NCBI GenBank assembly: GCA_963787125.1
Contig: CAWBBV010000001.1
Location: forward strand, 576,001 to 640,000
Reading direction: 5' to 3'
Length of the DNA stretch: 64,000 nt
Source of the DNA: an uncultured delta proteobacterium
Lineage (GTDB): Bacteria > Desulfobacterota > Desulfuromonadia > Geobacterales > DSM-12255
In this document: one piece after another, positions 58,222 to 64,000 of the stretch
Layout of the letters: every line of letters starts with the position of its first letter
Numbering within the stretch: the first letter of the stretch is position 1
The notes under the pieces: model-generated
Told to the model about the DNA's origin: nothing
Databases searched by the model: none
What the model saw: only the letters and a program-made list of their open reading frames with translations
Made by a program: the position numbers and the translations under genes

Positions 58222-58746
58222 ATGAGTAACGTAGCCACCCAAAACAGTGCAACTGAAGAGAAAGTTGAAGAGACTGTCGATTTGACAGCCGCGAATGCGG
58301 TGATTGATAAATATCTCACGCTTCATGGAAATCTTATGCCGGTCCTTCAGGGGATTCAGGATGAGTATGGTTATGTTCCGAAGCCAACAATCGATCTGGT
58401 TGCTGAAAGGCTGAATGTTTATCCAAGTCAGATTTTTGGCGTTCTTACCTTTTATGCCCAGTTTCACCTCAAGCCTCGCGGTCGTTTTATTATCCGTGTT
58501 TGTGTTGGGACCGCCTGTCATGTTCAGGGTGCAACCAGAATTGTAGAAACTTTTTTTGACAAACTACGTATTGGCCATGCGGAAACATCACCTGACCTGC
58601 GCTATACGTTTGAGAAGGTTGCCTGTCTGGGAGCCTGTGGCATGGCACCGCTGGCGATGGTCAATGACGCTACCTACGGCGCGATGACAGTGCAAAAGGT
58701 CGAAGCGATCGTTGCTGATTACAATCAGCGACCAATGAAAAAATAA
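58222..58746 (+). CDS. nuoE: NADH-quinone oxidoreductase subunit E
   Basis: CVGTAC...CLGAC 2Fe-2S motif. Confidence 0.94.
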   Translation: MSNVATQNSATEEKVEETVDLTAANAVIDKYLTLHGNLMPVLQGIQDEYGYVPKPTIDLVAERLNVYPSQIFGVLTFYAQFHLKPRGRFIIRVCVGTACHVQGATRIVETFFDKLRIGHAETSPDLRYTFEKVACLGACGMAPLAMVNDATYGAMTVQKVEAIVADYNQRPMKK

Positions 58747-58783
58747 GTAGCTCGATACTATTTCGGTAAGGGACAATTCAGTC

Positions 58784-60565
58784 ATGAGCGAAAATGCAGC
58801 AATAAAAATTCTGATCTGCCAAGGTACCGGCGGCGTATCGATGGGTGCCAAAGAGGTTGAGGCCGAGTTTGTCAGGGTCATTGCGGATAAGGGCGTTGAT
58901 GCCACTGTCGGCAAACGTTGTGACGTTATCAAGACCGGTTGCCGCGGACTTTGTGCCAACGATGTTCTGGTTGATATTATCACCGAAGATCAGGGGCGCG
59001 TTACCTACGACTTTGTTAAGCCGGAAGAAGTCGAAAATATCGTCAATGAGCATATTGTCAATAAAACGGTATTGGAGAAGCGTAAGGCAAAGCCTTATTA
59101 CAATACATTTGTTGATCAGCAGATGCGCGTCGTCATGACTGGTTGCGGTCAGATAAACCCGGAGAGTCTTGACGCATATCTTGCGGAAGACGGCTTCAAA
59201 GCTGTACAGCAGTGCGTCAAGCAGATGACCCCGGCTTCAGTCATCGATGAAGTGAAGAAGTCAGGTCTCAGAGGCCGTGGGGGCGGAGGTTTTCCCACTG
59301 GTATGAAGTGGTCCTTCTGTGCGGCTTCGCCAGGCAAGCTTAAATATGTAATCTGTAATGCTGACGAGGGTGATCCTGGTGCGTTCATGGACCGATCAAT
59401 ACTCGAAGGTGACCCATACTGCATCATCGAAGGGATGATGATAGCCGGTTTTGCAATCGGTGCAACTTATGGTTACGTTTATGTACGTGCTGAATATCCT
59501 TTGGCAATCGATCGTCTTCAGATGGCTATTGATGTCTGTTATGAAAAAGGGTATCTGGGTAAAAACGTCATGGACCTCGGCTTTGACTTTGATCTGAGAA
59601 TCAAGAAGGGCGCTGGAGCATTCGTCTGCGGTGAAGAAACAGCTCTCATGGCTTCCATTGAAGGTGAGCGTGGGATGCCTCGCCCTCGTCCCCCATTTCC
59701 AGCGGTTAAGGGTCTATGGGGCAATCCGACCAATATTAATAACGTCGAAACATTTGCAAATATTCGTCATATTATCCTCAAAGGCGCTGAATGGTACGCA
59801 TCGCTTGGTACTGAGACAACCAAAGGTACAAAGATCTTTGCCGTTACCGGCAAAGTTAAGCATACAGGCCTTGTTGAAGTCCCTGCCGGTATGATGGTTA
59901 GTGATGTTATTTACAAGGTTTGCGGTGGCATTGCCAACAACCGCAAGTTCAAGGCTGTTCAGGCCGGTGGGCCGTCAGGCGGCTGTATCCCTGCTGATAT
60001 TCTCGATACACCGGTTGATTATGACTCACTGATCAAGGCCGGAGCCATGATGGGGTCAGGTGGTCTGGTCGTCATGGACGAAACAACCTGTATGGTAGAC
60101 GTTGCCAGATTCTTTTTAAATTTCACTCGTGATGAGTCCTGCGGTAAGTGTGTTCCCTGCAGGATCGGCTTAAAGGCGATGCTGGATATTCTGGAGAGAA
60201 TAACAGAAGGCCGCGGAGAGATATCTGATATCGACAAACTGCTTGAAATGGGGACTACGATCAAGAAGGCTTCACTTTGTGGCCTCGGTCAGACAGCGCC
60301 TAATCCGATACTCTCTACTATAAAGTATTTCCGCCATGAATATGAGGCGCACATAAATGATAAGCGTTGCCCTTCAAACTGCTGCAAAGAGCTCCTTAAG
60401 TGGGAGGTTATAGCAGAGAAATGTGTCAAATGCGGTGCCTGTCTGAAAGCCTGCCCGGTTGACGCAATAAAGTGGGAAAAAGGGCAGATTGCTGAGCTGA
60501 TCAAAGAAAAATGTACTAAATGCAAGTCCTGCTATGATGCCTGCCGTTTCATGGCCATAGAGTAA
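58784..60565 (+). CDS. nuoF: NADH-quinone oxidoreductase subunit F (long, HydB-like)
   Basis: GRGGGGFPTG, NADEGDPG, CGEETAL, SCGKCVPCR, plus N-terminal thioredoxin-like and C-terminal 2x[4Fe-4S] domains. Confidence 0.93.
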   Translation: MSENAAIKILICQGTGGVSMGAKEVEAEFVRVIADKGVDATVGKRCDVIKTGCRGLCANDVLVDIITEDQGRVTYDFVKPEEVENIVNEHIVNKTVLEKRKAKPYYNTFVDQQMRVVMTGCGQINPESLDAYLAEDGFKAVQQCVKQMTPASVIDEVKKSGLRGRGGGGFPTGMKWSFCAASPGKLKYVICNADEGDPGAFMDRSILEGDPYCIIEGMMIAGFAIGATYGYVYVRAEYPLAIDRLQMAIDVCYEKGYLGKNVMDLGFDFDLRIKKGAGAFVCGEETALMASIEGERGMPRPRPPFPAVKGLWGNPTNINNVETFANIRHIILKGAEWYASLGTETTKGTKIFAVTGKVKHTGLVEVPAGMMVSDVIYKVCGGIANNRKFKAVQAGGPSGGCIPADILDTPVDYDSLIKAGAMMGSGGLVVMDETTCMVDVARFFLNFTRDESCGKCVPCRIGLKAMLDILERITEGRGEISDIDKLLEMGTTIKKASLCGLGQTAPNPILSTIKYFRHEYEAHINDKRCPSNCCKELLKWEVIAEKCVKCGACLKACPVDAIKWEKGQIAELIKEKCTKCKSCYDACRFMAIE

Positions 60566-60604
60566 CAGTTCAACCTGAGAAATTCGAGGGAGACAGAGGT
60601 CGAG

Positions 60605-63085
60605 ATGGTTAATCTTACTATAGACGACATACAGGTTTCCGTAGCTCCTGATGCTACGATATATGACGCTGCCAAGGCTGTCGGCATTCGGATTCCTATA
60701 CTTTGCCACGACAAAAAGCTGCATCCGTTCGGCGGTTGTCGTATGTGTCTGGTCGAAATTGAGCAGATGAAAGGGCGTCTTATTCCAGCTTGTACAACCC
60801 CTGTTTCAGAGGGGATGATTGTCCGTACAACAACTGACGAGATTATGAAGGCAAGAAAGCTAGTGCTTGAACTTCTGCTCCTCAAGCACCCGCTTGATTG
60901 CCCGGTTTGCGACGCGGCTGGAGACTGTGACCTTCAGAATCTTACCTATGAATATAAGGTAGATAAAAACAACTTTACAGATGAAAAATTTCGGTGGGAT
61001 ATCGACTATGATAATCCACTGATCGAGCGTGATCAGAACCGTTGTATCCACTGCGGTAAATGTTCTCGAATCTGTGATGAAATTGTCTCTTTTGGTGCCT
61101 ACTCCTTTATTAATCGGGGTATTGAGGCAAAAATCGGTACTCCTTTTGACGAGAAACTCGACTGTGAATACTGCGGATCATGTATATCTGTCTGCCCAGT
61201 GGGTGCACTAATTGCCAAACCGTTTAAATTCAAGGCACGATGGTGGGCGCTGAAAAAAGTCAACTCTGTCTGCTCTTACTGCAGCACCGGCTGCCAATTG
61301 ACTCTCGGCGTAAAGGACGACAAAGTTCTGACAACCATTTACAATGAGGACCAGGGTTTCCATAATGGTCAGCTCTGCGGCCGTGGACGTTTTGGTTATC
61401 AGTTCATAAACAGTGAAAAGCGTTTGCAGGCCCCGCTCATTCGTAAAAATGACCAGCTTGTGCCCGCAACCTGGGACGAGGCTATTGAACTGATTACAAC
61501 TAAACTTGCTGGGCAGAAAGCAACAGATGCCTCAGCTGTAGCCGCTCTGGTCACGCCAAGACTAACCAATGAGGAGCTACTGCTCTTTAGAAAACTTTTC
61601 AAGGAAACTATCGGTACTGACAGTATCGATCATTCAGCAGGATACGCTCATGAAGCGCTTACCATCGGGATGAAGGAAAGTTTTGGCTTAACAGCATCTC
61701 CTTCCGTAATTGCTGATATACGGAAAACAGATCTGCTTCTTGTCGTTAAGACAGACGCCTATGAGACGCATCCTGTAATAGGTTTTGAAGTAAATCTTGG
61801 CGTTAAACGTAAAGGCGTTGATCTAAGAATTATCTCAGACAAGAGTGGCAAACTTTCCAAACTTCCAGACGCTAAGACTCTTGTGCATAAGCCTGGCAGC
61901 GAATTGATGCTGGTAAATGCGCTTGCAAAAATACTAATAGAAGAAAAACTTGCAGTCACCACTGCAGATGGTTTTGAAGCTCTCGAGTCTTTTCTTGATA
62001 AGATTTCTCTCGATCAGGTTGCCACAGCAACTGGACTTTCTGCAGAAGCAATGACTACGTTGGCACGTGACTATGCAAAAGCTGAAAAAGCGCTGATACT
62101 CATGCCGCTCGGACTTGCCTATCCCGGTCATAATAGTGAGTTGGCGCAGGCCCTTGCAAACCTTGCTATCCTGACTGGTAAGTTCGGGAAAGAGGGTTGT
62201 GGAATTCTAATCCTTGGTGAGAAGAACAACAGCCAGGGCGCAGCTGACCTTGCTATTCATCCAACTGCAGGCGGAATGAATGCGACGGCCATTATTGACG
62301 GCTGTATCAGCGGAGCTGTAAAGTTTCTCTATCTAGCCGGTGAAAATCCGCTTATATCCTACCCAGATAGAGCCAATACCCAGAAAGCGCTTGATACGGT
62401 ACCTTTCATTGTGGCTCAGGATCTATTTTTGACTGAAACAGCTCAGATGGCTGACGTTGTGCTGCCAGTGAAGTCTTTTGCCGAGAAGTGCGGCACATTC
62501 ACCAGTGCCGGTCGCGCTGTTCAGCGTGTGAGAAAAGCAATCAAGGCAGTAGGTCAGTCAAGAAGTGACGGGGAAATATTTGCTTCACTAATCAGCTCTC
62601 TATCCGGTGTGACCGTTTCTGATGATGCTGACCAGCTGCTGAAAGAGATTGCCTCAACAACTCATGGCTATGAGGGCTTAACTTTTGAAAAAATCGGTGA
62701 AACAGGCTCAGTATACCCGGTTACCGTCTCACCAAAACTTCGCATAGTTTCCGGAGTTAACATAGCTCATGAAACTGGAAAGTTCTCACTTGTAATCGGC
62801 AGTTCACTATATCATTGCGGCACGATGTCCCGTTACGGAGTAGGGCCGCTACTTGTCTGTCCTGAGCAGTATTTAGAACTTGGACGCAAAGATGCAGCAA
62901 AATTAGGTGTAGTTGAAGGTGATAAGGTAAAGGTGAAATCAATTGCCGGCGAGCTAGTTCTTCCGGTTAAAGTCGGTTTGCGTATGCCTGAAGGTGTTGT
63001 CTTTGCTCCATATCACTTTGATGAGAATTCGATTAACAGTATTGCAATCGGTTCAACTGTAACTTACGTAACGATCAGTAAATAG
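60605..63085 (+). CDS. nuoG: NADH-quinone oxidoreductase subunit G
   Basis: GCRMCLVE, HPLDCPVCD, CIHCGKC, CEYCGSC, CSYCSTGC, molybdopterin-oxidoreductase-like C-terminus. Confidence 0.93.
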   Translation: MVNLTIDDIQVSVAPDATIYDAAKAVGIRIPILCHDKKLHPFGGCRMCLVEIEQMKGRLIPACTTPVSEGMIVRTTTDEIMKARKLVLELLLLKHPLDCPVCDAAGDCDLQNLTYEYKVDKNNFTDEKFRWDIDYDNPLIERDQNRCIHCGKCSRICDEIVSFGAYSFINRGIEAKIGTPFDEKLDCEYCGSCISVCPVGALIAKPFKFKARWWALKKVNSVCSYCSTGCQLTLGVKDDKVLTTIYNEDQGFHNGQLCGRGRFGYQFINSEKRLQAPLIRKNDQLVPATWDEAIELITTKLAGQKATDASAVAALVTPRLTNEELLLFRKLFKETIGTDSIDHSAGYAHEALTIGMKESFGLTASPSVIADIRKTDLLLVVKTDAYETHPVIGFEVNLGVKRKGVDLRIISDKSGKLSKLPDAKTLVHKPGSELMLVNALAKILIEEKLAVTTADGFEALESFLDKISLDQVATATGLSAEAMTTLARDYAKAEKALILMPLGLAYPGHNSELAQALANLAILTGKFGKEGCGILILGEKNNSQGAADLAIHPTAGGMNATAIIDGCISGAVKFLYLAGENPLISYPDRANTQKALDTVPFIVAQDLFLTETAQMADVVLPVKSFAEKCGTFTSAGRAVQRVRKAIKAVGQSRSDGEIFASLISSLSGVTVSDDADQLLKEIASTTHGYEGLTFEKIGETGSVYPVTVSPKLRIVSGVNIAHETGKFSLVIGSSLYHCGTMSRYGVGPLLVCPEQYLELGRKDAAKLGVVEGDKVKVKSIAGELVLPVKVGLRMPEGVVFAPYHFDENSINSIAIGSTVTYVTISK

Positions 63086-63135
63086 AAGAGCCTTCGGCAC
63101 AGTTCTAACTTTCTGGAAGAGGGGAAGAGGATAAT

Positions 63136-64000
63136 ATGGAAATATTTGGCGGTCAACCCTGGTACATATATTGTGGAGCCATGCTCTTAAAGGTTTTATT
63201 GGCGTTCTTATTTGTACTTCTGACAGTAGCATATGCAACCTATGCCGAGAGAAAGCTGATCGGATTTATGCAGGTGCGAATAGGACCTAACAGGTGCGGC
63301 CCAAAAGGACTTCTCCAGCCGATAGCTGACGGAATTAAACTCTTTTTCAAGGAAGAGATTATCCCTGCACAGGCCAGCAAGTTCGCCTTTGTTCTTGCTC
63401 CACTTGTTGCCCTAATCCCTGCATTTATATCTTTCGCGGTAATCCCTTTCGGGGACTCTATCGAAGTTGCCGGTTATAAGTTTCCTCTTCAGATTGCTGC
63501 TTTTGCAGACACTACAGGCGCAATCCTAGATCTTAATATCGGCGTGCTTTATATTCTTGCCATGGCTTCGCTCGGGGTATACGGGATAGTTCTTGCCGGT
63601 TGGTCGTCGAACAGCAAGTACTCACTTCTTGGTGGACTCCGCGCCTCTGCACAGATGATCTCCTACGAGTTGGCAGCCGGACTGACGATAGTCTGTGTAT
63701 TCATGGTTTCCGAGTCACTCTCTTTGCAAGCAATAGTTGCTGGTCAGAGCGGTCTTTTCGGCTGGTACATTTTCCGCAATCCTTTTATGTTTGTTGCCGG
63801 GATCATCTTCTTCATCTGCTCACTGGCTGAGATCAACCGTACGCCTTTTGATCTACCTGAGGCCGAGACTGAGCTTGTCTCAGGTTTTTGCACCGAGTAC
63901 TCCAGTATGAAGTATGCAATGTTCTTCATGGCAGAGTACGCCAATATGGTGACCGTCTGTGCTGTGACAACTACTCTTTTCCTTGGCGGCTGGCATGGCC
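63136..64000 (+). CDS. nuoH: NADH-quinone oxidoreductase subunit H (truncated by the window end)
   Basis: Not in the ORF track; manual translation gives ERKLIGFMQVRIGPNR, LQPIADGIKLFFKE, AQMISYE, NRTPFDLPEAE. Confidence 0.96.
   Translation, partial: MEIFGGQPWYIYCGAMLLKVLLAFLFVLLTVAYATYAERKLIGFMQVRIGPNRCGPKGLLQPIADGIKLFFKEEIIPAQASKFAFVLAPLVALIPAFISFAVIPFGDSIEVAGYKFPLQIAAFADTTGAILDLNIGVLYILAMASLGVYGIVLAGWSSNSKYSLLGGLRASAQMISYELAAGLTIVCVFMVSESLSLQAIVAGQSGLFGWYIFRNPFMFVAGIIFFICSLAEINRTPFDLPEAETELVSGFCTEYSSMKYAMFFMAEYANMVTVCAVTTTLFLGGWHG

Noticed and set aside
63600..63944. Short ORFs at the window end
   Set aside because: Out-of-frame or antisense within nuoH.
1..64000. CRISPR arrays, transposases, prophage or defence genes
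   Set aside because: No regularly spaced repeats or matching protein motifs seen by eye.

Overview
Chromosomal window from a deltaproteobacterium, very probably Geobacteraceae (inferred from gene content and protein style: succinyl-CoA:acetate CoA-transferase, MucR, long NuoF/NuoG). Order: partial RluA pseudouridine synthase, ferritin-like protein, CoA-transferase, DegQ protease, a livKHMGF ABC operon with two EamA genes, a czcCBA-type heavy-metal RND operon led by a small Cys/His-rich ORF, an EamA gene, MucR, a SAM-I-controlled metIC operon, tRNA-Gln(CTG), an M23 peptidase/lytic transglycosylase pair, mfd, a ppiC-surA-TPR/Ig-LysM/TPR-surA envelope cluster, a ~17.5 kb chemosensory block (cheB, cheR, cheY, cheD, His-less kinase, MCP, cheW, cheA, cheY, STAS, atypical MCP-like protein, HD-GYP regulator, NtrC-family activator, Cache-PAS-GAF kinase), a class-B DnaJ, DUF47-PiT, hemL and nuoA-H (cut at the window end). 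No CRISPR array, integrase or transposase seen. Best leads: (1) the chemosensory block appears self-regulated through a sigma54 promoter, IHF site and enhancer repeats, and contains a kinase lacking its phospho-His plus a soluble double-hairpin MCP-like protein with a CheZ-like DxxxQ motif; (2) a candidate metal-sensing leader/arrest peptide upstream of czcCBA, whose first gene has its SD and start codon in a hairpin; (3) an unannotated transcription unit (sRNA or micro-ORF) between the divergent slt and mfd genes. All calls are by eye; no database searches were run.
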